Part shown: piece after piece, positions 23,601 to 35,103 of the stretch
Layout: each line of letters begins with the position of its first letter
How positions within the stretch are numbered: the stretch's first letter is position 1
DNA from: Epithemia pelagica
Taxonomy: Eukaryota > Protista > Bacillariophyta
NCBI GenBank assembly: GCA_946965045.2
Contig: OX337232.1
Span: forward strand, 1,302,001 to 1,366,000
DNA length: 64,000 bases
Reading direction: 5' to 3'
Translations under genes and position numbers: made by a program
Notes under the pieces: generated by a model
Seen by the model: the letters and a program-made list of their open reading frames with translations, nothing else
Told to the model about the DNA's origin: nothing
Database searches by the model: none

Positions 23601-26600
23601 GTACGGGGAGCGGTAAGACCATAGACGTCGATGAAGAACAACTTTCAAGGGCAAAGGAGCTTCTCAATGAACCTGCTCCTTCCACAAACACTTCGAGTCG
23701 GCCACCAAGGGTTTCATTACCAGGTTTGGGTGACTTCAGAACCAAGGACCAGATTGAAAAACACGAAAACACAGGTGTGCCTGTGGCATCATTTCAAGGT
23801 GGTGGAAGTGGCAAATCACGTAATGTGGATGAGGAAGATACTCGAACAAGTGAGCTTCTCGATGGAACGTCACAGAATCCGGCATATTGTCCACCTAGAG
23901 TATCGATGCATGAGTCAAGTTTTGAGTATAAAGCCCAAGAAAGCAGTAAGAAGAATCAGTCGGATGGAGAGTGCAAGGACATTTCATTTTCCAGTTTTCA
24001 ACTCCCCAGCTCCGAATCAATTGATCTCGGCCAATTGGACATTGATGCCTCCCCTGCACATGAGAGCAGCGTAAAGGAGGGCAAGAAGGATCTCGTCACT
24101 CAAGAAGTGATCCTATCATTCGTTTACTCGCAAGTCCATGATTATGATTGTTCTTTTACAACGTCGCGCGGAGAAAATGAGGGGACAAATGATTCGAAAA
24201 GCGAGCGTCCATCAGATCGAAACGTCACCCCATCGTCTTTACGTGGCTCCTCACTTATCGATATCACTAGTCCTCCTTCTTCACATGGACCAGGCACGGA
24301 GAGTATTCCAGCTTCATTGGCATCTCCAGGAAGACAGGCGAGATCGAAAGCAGCTAATTCTGGAGTTATGTCGGATATTCAATTTCAATCTCACGATGAG
24401 ATGTCGAATCCTTACAAAACACCGTATGCTACAAAACATATCTCGCTGACGGATTCGCGGGGGGCTGCATTTTCCTCCTTGAGAGCAAACACTGGACACT
24501 TACTGGAAGCTGCAATAAGAAGAGGCGCGATGTCAGGTTTAGACGAATGCAGAATTTATGGTGTAAACCCATTAGTCTGCGGAACGAACAGTGCAAACTC
24601 CGAATCAATTCGATTCGACAGAGAAACGAGGGCTCCTTGCGACCGTAACTCGGCTCGTAGTGAAGGCCTTATAGGTTGCGCGGCAGATCTTGAGCTTGCC
24701 CTAAAATCTGCAGGATGCAACACTGACAAAATCTCATCCGTTTGGATTCGCAACCATTCTCGTTGGATAAATTGGAAACTGTGCTCAATTGAACGACGCT
24801 TTCCTCGCTTTTTGGCTAATCGTTTCTTCACGTATGATCGCGTTGTCGCCCACTTGTGCTCTCGTTATCGGAAAGAAATTGAGGATGGGAAACGTTCGGC
24901 ACTCCGCCAGATTCTCAACCACGATGCCTCTGCGAAACGAATGATGACTCTGTGTATTGCGCAAGTACTCCGTAAAGAAGCAGAATCAGCGATTTCTTTT
25001 TCGCTCGAATTGACTGATGGATGGTACTCTGTTTATGCTGAGCCCGACCGATTTCTCACGAAAAAGATTGAGGATGGGACACTTTGTGAGGGTACCAAAG
25101 TTGTATTGTCTCAAGCTGAGCTGTGTGGTGGGGATGAAGGTGTTGATCCCTTAGATGAAGGCTTCAAACCGTCCGAAGCTCCGTATCTACGGATATTTGC
25201 AAACGGAACAAGAATTGCCAAGTGGGGAATGAAGCTTGGCTTTGTCCCTCAACAAACCAAGAGCATGGATTCCCCGTCCTTGACAGTCAAAAGTATGCGT
25301 GGGATTGTGCCTGGTGGCGGGATTGTTCCACGGATTGATGTCACCGTATTGAAAAGGCACCCTATCCAATATCTCACCCAAGGCGACGATGAACCAAGAC
25401 GGACAATATCTGAGAATGAGGAAATGGAGCGTCGTACAAAATTTGAAAACAAACAAGCACGTTTTGTTGAAAAAATGGTTTCGGAGATAGAGGCTCAATG
25501 CTCAAAGGTGCGTTCGCATCTGTCAATTATTGGAAGTTAGACTTGATCTAACTATTCTCTGTTCTCGTCAGGATCTTGAAGAAGAAGCACCTGCAATCTG
25601 GCGTCAGCGTGCTGCGGGAAATGATGACTTCGACGCATCTGCCTTATCATATAGTGAACAAAAACAACTTGAGGTTTGGAACCGGAAACGCCTTGAACTT
25701 CTGCGGGTCAACGTGGAGCAAGAAATGAAAGGCAGACTGGAAGAACATGACATTGTTTTTGTGCAGTCCAAGCCCTTTCATAGATTTGTTGTTTGTACTT
25801 CAGACTATTTCGAGGAGAACGATGGTAAAACCTCATCAACCGCTGACCTTACGCTATGGGAGCCAACAGAAGAACAGCTTGAATTACTTAAAGAGGGAAC
25901 TTGTGTGCGGATGAGCAATGTGTCAGTGAAAGATGAGACTTTCGAATGCCGTTTGCAGTTAGTAGCAAACTCGAGGACTAGATTCCGCTCGGCTGAAGCA
26001 GATATCGCTGATCACATCAACAAAATAACATCGAAAAGACTTGGGCTGGTACAGGTCCACGCTCTATCGAAAAGAAAATCGATGCTTGTTTTCAATCTGG
26101 CTGCGATAGTAATGGAGGTTGTGGTGACAAGTATGGGGATGCAATACATTGCAACTGATAGATCCGGGCTGGTTGTGCGCATCGAATGCTTCGAAGCTGG
26201 GACTGCATCATCGATAGACCTTCCTGAACGTTTTCCAGTGCTTGTATTCCAAGGACTTCGCTTGGTTGATTACGACTCGTATTCAAACTGTGCTGTTGCT
26301 GAGATGGGCAGTGAGTCAACAGTCAATATGAATACTACAGACCCTAGTGTTTGTTCACTGCAACGTTGGGTCGGCACAGAGGACGGTCAGACTCGTTTGT
26401 GTAAACTCGCTCCTTATATCAAGGCCAGGCTTTCACCAGTCCCTGTCGCCAAGAATTCGAGAAGTCTCGTTCAAGCCCTAGGATATTTGACCGACTTTAT
26501 GGTTTTGCATGGTGGCGAACTCGTTGTCAAAGTTGACTGTTTTGCGACGGGTATTCAGAGCTGGTCATTACCACTTTCTCTTTTATCCCGAATCAAGTAC

Positions 26601-26831
26601 CTGCATAAACAGGAGAGAAGTATGGTTTTTCTCAGTCCAGAAGAAGAACAGCGACTTTCTCAGCTATCGTCTCTGGATTGTATTGTCCGTATCAAAAGCC
26701 TCCTACGCTTCGTATTACAGCCACAAAATGATCATCCCGAAGGGCACTGCCGATACGTTGTTGTTGACGTGTCTGTGGCCAATGCAAAGGCGGTTGCCCA
26801 ACTGTACCACCAGTTTTGTGCGCTAGAATAA
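20621..26831 (+). CDS. BRCA2: BRCA2 homolog, 2 exons (20621-25507, 25572-26831), about 2048 aa
   Basis: Has multiple BRC repeats (F-x-[ST]-A-G-[ST]-G-K...), the helical domain WIRNHSRWINWKL, and OB1 LELTDGWYSV...LRIFANGTRIAKWGMKLG. The 64-bp intron has a CTAAC branch point and is followed by OB2/OB3-like sequence (ADLTLWEP). Confidence 0.95.
20960..23860 (+). repeat. BRC repeat array: 14 clear + 1 degenerate BRC motifs; later ones in tandem two-BRC units of 396/387/387/381 bp
   Basis: Unit-marking ATGs (PMAxFQ) lie at 21845, 22241, 22628, 23015 and 23396. Confidence 0.9.
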
Positions 26832-26987
26832 CAAGTAGAACTCATACGACCTCCGAGCTCCATGTCAGCCATCCTTGCGTCTTGTTTCCAGATGAAGTAT
26901 CCCGGCCACGCATCCATTTCTACAGATACATGCCATGGAGAAGACAAGACAATTTCTATTTTAAGGGACGTAACCGTTTCATACCTG

Positions 26988-29900
26988 TCACCTCCCCCCG
27001 TCTTCAATGGACTCGGTCAACAGCTCCAAGAGCTTATCGAACCCAATCGCCCGCCACATGGCTTGCCAATTATTGTCCACGTCGGGTGCCCCCTCTGGAC
27101 GACGAGCCACAGTGTGCATTTGTTCGGGACTGGCACCGTAAGGATACATGCCCGCCTTTTCCGCACGAGCATGCATGCCCGCCATTTGTTCGTCCGTCAT
27201 TGTAGCACTACGAGACATGAAATTGATCCCCTCAAATACGCGAACACCACCACGTTCCAAGCACTGGAATTGTATGCTTTCGTTATATTCACCAGTGGCT
27301 GGATCTTTTTGCACATCCACTATGTAGTTGGGAAATTCGACTCCAAACCCACTTTCTCTCAAGATGCCTGGAGGATCGTTTGGATCCACTCTTCCAAACA
27401 AGAAGTAGTGAGCACCATTCGCTACCGGACTCTTGTCCCACGAGAGTTTGGCAGCATCCGGTGCTGGTCCTTTTACGGCAAAGTCGTCTACCCACCCAGT
27501 TCCACCGTCCGTCAACTTGATTTTGAGTGTTGTGTCGTAGACTTCTTTGAACTGCGTCCAGTCATGGAACTTTTGTTCATACCATAACCCTTGGTACTTG
27601 TTCAAGTCAAAGTTATCCATACTTGGTTGTCGCACTTCATCGTAAGCGGGACATCCTTTTACAACTTGACCTTTGTAGCTGTCGTCGACAGCCAGGTTGA
27701 AGTCGCCCATGCCTGCAGTGCCGTCGAGGCCGGCACCAACATAGGAAAAGAAAGCAGCTACAGCAGCAATGTTCAGTGCAGTACGCAGCTGTTGCGATAC
27801 AGAAAAAGCCCCAATAAATAGAGCATTCCCCAACAAGAACAACAGTGGAACAAGTTGATCTCCCAACACTTTGGGCCCCGGTGTTCCATGCATCACATCA
27901 CTGATCCACAGAATGGGTTGTAATATCGGATGACCCACTGCAAAAAATACCCAAAAGTTGAGAGCCGGCCAGAATTCCTCTGGAGACGCGTTTTGCTTCA
28001 TTTCCATGATGGAGTTGTAGAAATCAGCATAGGCACCCGCGTGAGAAGCCACGGCGACTGCTCCTGCGATCGCTGCAATGATGGGTAAGGCACTATTTTT
28101 AACCATAGACACAACGTTGGTGCTGCTCTCTTCAACCGCACCATCTCCGCCAATCTTGTCCGTGGCGACCCGCTCAAGTAGGTCAACAAACGCATCGGCG
28201 AATTCCTTGTTCGTTTCCGCGCTCACCACTGGTGACATGGGATGGAATGTGAATTTGAAGGCTCCATTCACAGTCATACAGGAGAGAGGATACAAACATC
28301 CAGAACGCACATGTGGAGTGGCAAAGTACACGTCCTCCACACGATGCCGTCCATGTTGAATTTGCAACTTCCGGGAGGCATCGTCCTCGTCGCCCTCTCT
28401 TGCAAAGGCGGATTGGCGTTCGTACACACCGACATTGGTGACACCTGCACTGTAGGCCCGCCCTTGTGTATCCTTGGACTGTGACGTCAAATGCACGAGA
28501 TTGTTCATATCGGAAATGGTCATGGCAAAATCAAACACACGGACCGCTTCTTCTGGACCATTGGTGTCGACAAACGCCTTTGTTTGACTCTTGGACTCCT
28601 TGGCCAGGTCCCAAAATTTTTGGTCCGACCGGGTCTTGCCTCCTCGTAGTGCCTTTCCGGATCCGTCAGGGACCGGTCCCAACATGAGATCATGACTGCC
28701 AGCCATGCAAGCTACCGTATCGGCCGGATCCAACTGTTTCCCAAATCGTCGCATATCCAAGGATTGCAAAACCTTGTAATTCCGTGACTTTTCGGCGGCG
28801 GCGTCATTTCCGACAAAGTCAGCGGCCGTCAATGTCATGGCGGCAGTTAATGCATTGGACATGGAGACGCCATTGGCTCGGCACTTGTTCAAGACCGCCG
28901 TCGTCGTGTCTTGGTCCAACGTTCGGAATTGTGCCACCGTTTCACGCTTGGCACTGCCTTGATCTTGACCTCCGGCCGTCTTGCCTGAGATAATTTGCAA
29001 GGCACCCAAAAGAGGATTGGCCGTTTCTTCCTGATCCGCCGTGGTTGGATTGGGCAAAATCACGGGATCTTTGGACGATTCCCCCGCCTTGCCGAGTACG
29101 TAGGAAACAGTGGAAAGGGAAAAGGACTTGGTTCCCTCTTCACTAAAGCGATGACCCAATCCCAAGACCGAGTCTTCGACGCTCATGGGCATGTCAGCAT
29201 GTAATTTGGAAGGAGGATCGATGTTACCCGAAGATTCCAAACTGGCAACATTTTGCATTATTTGATCAACGAACCGATTGACGCTGGATTGATCGGAAAT
29301 GGCATGGTTCAAGGAAAATACCAAAGCGCATGGCTTTTCCTTGTTGGAAGATCGGTACCATTCCACCTTCCACAAGGGCCCAGATTCTGTGTTACACCAC
29401 GATCCATCGTCATCCAAGTCTTGGACAAAGGTGTTTTGCCATTGTTGCGTCAACTCCGCTTCGTCGTCCAACGAATTGTACACGGTCAATACTTGATCGA
29501 CCGAAAAGGGAGATTGAGGATCCATGACAAAGGTGCAGGGATTGGGATCTCCCTTGCGTACCATTTGCATGAGATCAATGCGTTTCTCGGGTTCTCCGTC
29601 ACCTTCCACACGTGCATTCAAGAGTGGATGTGCTGCCATGGCTTCTTGTAGCGCTTGTCGAAAAATCGATTCCTCCGGTGTGGCGCTCAATACCACGGCA
29701 CAAACATGAGTCATTTGAGGAAACACAGTGTTGGTCTTTTCGATACCTGGTCCGTACTGACGAGGCAGCATGAGCAATTCCTGTGATCCCAAAACACGAC
29801 GACGTTGGTCTGTCGAGGAGGAGGAGGAGGAGGAAGAAGAAGAAGAAGAGGATTCGGTGGGTTTGGGCTCTTCGACGGCTGCCGATTGTGACAAAGAACG

Positions 29901-30050
29901 ACCACGTTTGGACACATCCACTGGAAGTGACGGTACAGCTTCGATCCAGGGACTTGTTCTGGAAGAGAGAGGGGCCACAAAGGCACGTGCGATAGGAAAG
30001 GCCGTCGAGCCTATCCACCAAATGGCCGACAGTCGTGACAACAAGTTCAT
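26988..30050 (-). CDS. Plastid-targeted fusion: CoA-dependent acyltransferase (condensation/alcohol-acetyltransferase-like) + TM helices + lipocalin, about 1020 aa, intronless
   Basis: The leader MNLLSRLSAIWWIGSTAFPIARA|FVAP is a signal peptide + Phe. It has the HxxxD motif LVFSLNHAISDQ, SLDMRR and SNVG-like TNVGVY motifs, 3-4 hydrophobic segments, and the lipocalin SCR1 FDLNKYQGLWYE. Confidence 0.8.
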   Translation of the reverse strand: MNLLSRLSAIWWIGSTAFPIARAFVAPLSSRTSPWIEAVPSLPVDVSKRGRSLSQSAAVEEPKPTESSSSSSSSSSSSSTDQRRRVLGSQELLMLPRQYGPGIEKTNTVFPQMTHVCAVVLSATPEESIFRQALQEAMAAHPLLNARVEGDGEPEKRIDLMQMVRKGDPNPCTFVMDPQSPFSVDQVLTVYNSLDDEAELTQQWQNTFVQDLDDDGSWCNTESGPLWKVEWYRSSNKEKPCALVFSLNHAISDQSSVNRFVDQIMQNVASLESSGNIDPPSKLHADMPMSVEDSVLGLGHRFSEEGTKSFSLSTVSYVLGKAGESSKDPVILPNPTTADQEETANPLLGALQIISGKTAGGQDQGSAKRETVAQFRTLDQDTTTAVLNKCRANGVSMSNALTAAMTLTAADFVGNDAAAEKSRNYKVLQSLDMRRFGKQLDPADTVACMAGSHDLMLGPVPDGSGKALRGGKTRSDQKFWDLAKESKSQTKAFVDTNGPEEAVRVFDFAMTISDMNNLVHLTSQSKDTQGRAYSAGVTNVGVYERQSAFAREGDEDDASRKLQIQHGRHRVEDVYFATPHVRSGCLYPLSCMTVNGAFKFTFHPMSPVVSAETNKEFADAFVDLLERVATDKIGGDGAVEESSTNVVSMVKNSALPIIAAIAGAVAVASHAGAYADFYNSIMEMKQNASPEEFWPALNFWVFFAVGHPILQPILWISDVMHGTPGPKVLGDQLVPLLFLLGNALFIGAFSVSQQLRTALNIAAVAAFFSYVGAGLDGTAGMGDFNLAVDDSYKGQVVKGCPAYDEVRQPSMDNFDLNKYQGLWYEQKFHDWTQFKEVYDTTLKIKLTDGGTGWVDDFAVKGPAPDAAKLSWDKSPVANGAHYFLFGRVDPNDPPGILRESGFGVEFPNYIVDVQKDPATGEYNESIQFQCLERGGVRVFEGINFMSRSATMTDEQMAGMHARAEKAGMYPYGASPEQMHTVARRPEGAPDVDNNWQAMWRAIGFDKLLELLTESIEDGGR

Positions 30051-30602
30051 GATTTCAACAGAACGCAATACCTCTAATCCAGAGCTTCTGTGACAAAAGC
30101 TTGACAAAATAGGAAGATTTCGATGGTCCTGACACCCTTGGATGTTCCTCTTTCCGTGTCCCTCGTCTTGTTGCCTTCGTTGGAACAAGAAACGACACGG
30201 TGAACCGGAAGAATGAGGTATGCGGCGATGGTTGATTGTTGGATGGAAGTTCAACCGTGACTGACATTTGACGTTTCAGTCACTACTTTCTACGTCATAT
30301 GGTCCGCGGCAAAGACACGCGCGTCGGGCGAACCATGTTTTCCGCGCATGCCGACCGTCACACCAGTATCTTCGCAACCAACAACGAGACTGCGTCTCTT
30401 CGTTTTGAAAACTTCGAACCAGGAACCAGGACACGAGAAGCCTGGTTCATTCTCATCCTGGTCATTTTAGTGTTGCCCACCATCATCCTTGCTCTCCTGA
30501 ACTGTCAGTGGTGAAAGGAACGATTGATTGCCATCCTTAGTTCGGCAGGACTGTGAATTTGTGTTGGCAGTGGATGTGCGGAATTCCTGAGAGCAATGCA
30601 CC

Positions 30603-31586
30603 ATGTCCTTACCACCACCGCCTCTTTCTCCACTACCACGACGCGTCCAAAGTGCACCACCTTCTCCCATTGCTGTGGTAGTGGCATCCAGTCCGTCGTC
30701 GCCGCGGGGTGGTTTCTCGACGGCATACAACAGTGAAAGCGAACGAGTGATGACAGTAACAGAACAGCAACAACAAGAACGACAACAGCAAAGTGAAGAA
30801 GCAAGTCCAAAAGAGGATGGATCGCAACCAGGAAGTGAACTACGACTTTCGCTTGCGGAACTAGATGCTCCAACGACTCCCTGTCGACGGAGAGTCAGTC
30901 AAAGCCCAAGGACACAATCGTCGTCTCGGAAAGGCCGTCGGTCACGAAAAAGAAACGAAGAACCCTGTTCCTCTCCTCTCTCTTTTGCTGCGTCCCAAAC
31001 ATCGACACCCTTGTCGTTGACACAATGCCGCAAACGACGCAAATACACTGCTACACCCACGAGCAATGCCAAACCAAAACCAACACTGCCGTCTGCCTCG
31101 TATTGTTGCATTTGTATGCAAGACGCTGCCGACCATCACCAACTGGCAAAGGTCAATGGCTGTTTGCACCACTTTTGCTTTGATTGCATTGCTGAATGGT
31201 CCAAGGTGGAAAACTCTTGTCCCCTCTGCAAGAACCGCTTTACTCAAATTATTCGCATTCCTCCTCGTCACCGCAACAGCAATCGTACAAGAGGACAGGC
31301 ATCCGATCCGGAACAGCATGACCCAATGACGAACAAAGACAAGAATGAGTCGCAAGAAACGTCACCTTGCCCGGATCATTCCGACGAAATGAAAGATCCA
31401 GAGCCTGACATTCTCTTTGTGGAGGAGCGTCATCAAGAACAAGAACATCATCATGCCGTCATGGTCTCACTCTTGGCGACACGTGAACTGGAGGCACCGC
31501 ACGATCCGTCCTTTTGGACGAGAATTCTTGCGCAGTTTGCACCCTTGTTTGGACTCGCCTTGTCCTCGGAGGGCAGCGAGGGATAA
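30603..31586 (+). CDS. C3HC4 RING-finger protein (PHRF1/TOPORS-type RING), 327 aa
   Basis: CCICMQ...GCLHHFCFDCIAEWSKVENSCPLCKNRF. Confidence 0.85.
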   Translation: MSLPPPPLSPLPRRVQSAPPSPIAVVVASSPSSPRGGFSTAYNSESERVMTVTEQQQQERQQQSEEASPKEDGSQPGSELRLSLAELDAPTTPCRRRVSQSPRTQSSSRKGRRSRKRNEEPCSSPLSFAASQTSTPLSLTQCRKRRKYTATPTSNAKPKPTLPSASYCCICMQDAADHHQLAKVNGCLHHFCFDCIAEWSKVENSCPLCKNRFTQIIRIPPRHRNSNRTRGQASDPEQHDPMTNKDKNESQETSPCPDHSDEMKDPEPDILFVEERHQEQEHHHAVMVSLLATRELEAPHDPSFWTRILAQFAPLFGLALSSEGSEG

Positions 31587-32009
31587 TCCTACCAAGGTTC
31601 CGCGCTGGTCATCCATCCACAAGGAACAGGCAGTTTTTGGACAACTGGATTGATTCAGTGGATTGATTGGATCGGAAACGCAATAGAGGGCTGCAGAAGG
31701 CCCTATTAGAATGAATGCTTCCAATAGACCTCTAGAGTAGGATGATGCTACTCTCTTGAATCTTGAATGCGACGATGTTTCAAGTTCCTACCTAGGAGTA
31801 GAACCTAAGATAGAGTAGTAAGGTACTCCTAGGGACTTTAGCTCTAGCTCTCGTCTCTACAGCTTCGTATCGCGCGCGACCAATAAGGCCAATCCTTTAG
31901 CTCGCAAAACCAAATCAAAATTTCGTGCACGTCAGCATTTTGCGTCACGTTGACGTCATATATCCGGGTAAAAGAGCATTTCCGGATTTGTTCCAACCAA
32001 TCCAGAACT

Positions 32010-32033
32010 CTGGATTTGTTCGAACAAATCCAG
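32010..32033. repeat. Perfect 24-bp palindrome CTGGATTTGTTCGAACAAATCCAG (imperfect copy at 31982-32004)
   Basis: Read directly from the sequence. Confidence 0.9.
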
Positions 32034-32926
32034 GAAATTCATTAGGGATAGTGTTTTACTAATGGTAGTGTAGAGGCTGCCCACAGTTTCGAATATGTCA
32101 GGCGGGCGTTCGATATGGTGGGCGGGCGTGACACATGATGGACGGGCGTTCGACTTCAACGGTATCCTTGCGCTTCCTTAGTACCCAAAAGTTTTAGTAT
32201 TCAATTTTTCTAAGTGAAGGGTGGGGGAGGATGGGGGACAGGATTCGAAAAGGCGCGGTCTTTTGGATTTGTTTTGCGAATGCGTAAGGACGGCGTTACA
32301 AGCTGAGTTCAGACAGAATGTTCCTGACGTAGCGCTCCAGTAGGAAATCTACGTAATCCGCGCGAGCCATCCCCTTAATATAGCCCTTCTATTTATGCCT
32401 CTACCGTTCTACCAAAAATTGACCATGGTGAACGGTCCTTTTGACCGATCTCTTGCCAAATAGGAGACGGCTCCATGATCCCATGCTCTGAACCTCTTCT
32501 CCATTCATGGGTTGAGCATGGAGAACGATGTCGGCGCTGCATTCGTTTTGTAGGTGTCGTTTTATCTAGTTGAAGGTGGTCGCCGCGCGATTTACTACGG
32601 CGACTCACGGCAAAACTTGGTGCAACCAATGCACCTCTATTGTAGAATCGAATGATAGAAGATAGAACAAAGACTATGAACACTTGTAGCGTTGTTCACG
32701 TCAAAAATTGATATTCTTCTCGTTAGATATATGGAACTTAGACTAGAAGTTGCGTCGTTCACAACAAAGATTGATGTTCTTTTCTTTGTTGTGACTCACA
32801 CAGCCGTACCTGAACGCAATGTATTGTACGGTAAACGTAACACAACTATAGAATTAGATCGTATTCATAGAGAATGAAGATCCTACTCAAATGATAATCA
32901 TAAAACGCTGCTACATTGTTCACTAT

Positions 32927-33499
32927 CTAGGCTTGTTGATGATTAAAGAAGAGATTTTGAAGCGGGTGCTTGAGCATCATCGCACCAAGCGAAATGTTGA
33001 AGCGATCCATATCCTTGCTGCCCATGTAGATTGTAACGACCTGGGGTTCCATGCAGGCTTTAGGGTTGATGGAGCAGCGTGTGTAGAGGCGGATGCGTCC
33101 CATGGGAGGTCCGTTCTTGCTCGTCTTTCCAGAGACCTGGTCCAGGTGCGACAGAGCAATGAACCCAACTGGAACAACCAACGCTGGTTCCTCATGCTCG
33201 CTTGTTGCATCCCGGTCAAAGACTGCAATCCGTAGGTAGTCGGTCGCAAGCTCCCGCTGCACAAGCAGATGGCCACGGTCGACGATGTTGTGGCCAGTGT
33301 CCTTGTTTCTCGACATGGGCCCGATGAGCGCGCAAACATCGCTGGCATAAAAGCACGACTTGAACGGGAGACCAGCACCACCCTCACGGCCATCCTCTTC
33401 GTTGAACTCGAACTTCGTCCTCATGTTGGTCATCTTGTTTCTTCTTCCTTGCCTCTTCCTGTCGTCTCTGTTTGATTGTTCCATTGCACGGCGGGTCAT
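32927..33499 (-). CDS. Transposon cargo ORF, 190 aa, unknown function
   Basis: Open frame with a basic N-terminus and globular-looking C-terminal part (RGHLLVQRELATDYLRIAVFDRD...). No family recognised. Confidence 0.5.
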   Translation of the reverse strand: MTRRAMEQSNRDDRKRQGRRNKMTNMRTKFEFNEEDGREGGAGLPFKSCFYASDVCALIGPMSRNKDTGHNIVDRGHLLVQRELATDYLRIAVFDRDATSEHEEPALVVPVGFIALSHLDQVSGKTSKNGPPMGRIRLYTRCSINPKACMEPQVVTIYMGSKDMDRFNISLGAMMLKHPLQNLFFNHQQA

Positions 33500-33670
33500 T
33501 CGGAAGTTGCTTCATGCTGCAAGTTGATTTTGTGGCGCGCGCCGATATTGTTCACGAATGAGCGCGGGGGGATTCCCTAGATGACACAAGAACGGAGAGC
33601 GGGCAACAATCAAACAAACAAACACAACAATCAAACGAACGAATCCCTATTGTGTTCTCACTTTCCAACG

Positions 33671-34577
33671 ATGCGCCAGACGCGTAGTGCTACCAAACGA
33701 GCTGAGTCTGCGAAGAAGGAGCAGGAGGACTCCGCCGCAGCTCCCTCCACAACCGCATTTCCCTCCGACAAGGGAAACAAGGGAAACAAGGCAAACAAGA
33801 AAATGAAGACAAAGACGGCCGTGGACAACAAAACGTCGAAGAAGAAGAAGACGACGACGACGAAGTGTCCCGCTTCGACAAAGAAGCATGTGACCTTCAA
33901 CCTTGAGGGTCCTTCGTCGTGGCACGAGCGCGCAAAACAGTGGCAACTCACCATTGGGGATGAAGATGGTATCCCAGTGTTCTTCGTCAGCAACAAGGAC
34001 GTCGAATGCGCTAACCTGTCGGATATCGCGGCAGAGCTCCTTGCGATCGAGGCTGTCGGCAAAGAAGGTAAGTTTGATTGTTCATTGTTGGTTTTGAGTC
34101 TCCCTTTCTCACGACGCGCCCTCTGCTGCCACAGACACCAAACCCAACAGCAAGCCCGACAACAAGCCCGACAGCAAGCCCGAGAAGGAGATCAAGAAGG
34201 AGGACGACGTCGAGAACAAGACTCCAGAGTCTTATGTGACCCCGAAGAAAGTAACTTCTTCCCCGAAGGTGGCGTCTCGAGCTTTCGCACTGACCCCCTC
34301 CCAGAAGCATGCTTTCCAGCGTCGGATTGCTGAGGAACAGGTGAAGGAAAGTGGAGCGACAGACCCTCGCCAGACTTTGAATGAGTCGCTGGCATTGGGA
34401 GAAAACATCCCGTCGTCTCCTCCTTTGTTCTTTAGCAATCCTTCCCGTGCATACCGGACATCCATTGATTCGTATGCCGATGATGGATTTCTCGAGACCC
34501 AAGAAGACTTCATCGGTACGCAGCAAAACGGGCTTTTTGGTCCCGATTACTTGGATCATGAGGACGAGGCGTACTAG
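33671..34577 (+). CDS. Transposon cargo gene, 2 exons (33671-34067, 34135-34577), 279 aa, K-rich, unknown function
   Basis: A 67-bp GTAAGT...CACAG intron joins two ORFs in frame (VGKE|DTKPNSKPDNKP...VTPKK). Confidence 0.65.
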
Positions 34578-35103
34578 ATATCTACTGATGGACGTTTTAG
34601 GTATCCTTAATCACTAAATATGAATCGATTTGTCATCATGGTACTTGTAGTGCTTCTACAGTCGTTCTTGTTGTGATTATCATTATTGTCGTCGTCCAAG
34701 TCCTCGTCATTGTCGTGGCTATCATTGTCGTCGTTGTATTGTAGTCGTCCTTGTTGTAGCTATCATCGCTCATCCCGTTTGTCCTCTTCATCATCGTTAT
34801 GGTCGTGATTGTCATGGTCATCATCATCGTCATCGTCGTCATCCAGCTTCCCAGTGTCGGCAGTTGGGTCCCGGTTTGCGGGCGCGTCTCGTATGGATGT
34901 ACGAGGGAGTTCGTGATTGGTCCCAGACGAGCTATGATTCTTATCTCATATTTTGCGTTTTCGACACTTCATGGAAACAAACACGACAATGTACTAAAGT
35001 ATAATATGAAGGAATAAACTAATAAATCTTAATGTCATACTGCAACTCAACGTACCATGGTATTCTTTTTCAACAATAACACACTTTCACCACGAGGAAA
35101 GAT

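Noticed and set aside
21707-23654. Repeated near-identical minus-strand ORFs (MGAPF..., MARGFYRF...) resembling a small-peptide gene array or CRISPR-like periodicity
   Set aside because: They are antisense shadows of the BRC tandem units. There is no repeat-unique-spacer organisation and no cas genes; the DNA is eukaryotic.
26862-29651. Plus-strand ORFs up to 241 aa overlapping the acyltransferase-lipocalin gene
   Set aside because: Antisense shadow frames of a long coding sequence, with no domain features.
10842-33499. Similarity between accessory ORFs of the two transposons (GIVDRDSEDH versus AVFDRDATSEH)
   Set aside because: Only a few residues match and the similarity does not extend; profile comparison would be needed.
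34636-34860. GAT/GAC-rich acidic low-complexity tract inside the ITm element
   Set aside because: The acidic frame is broken by stops; treated as simple-repeat or decayed sequence.
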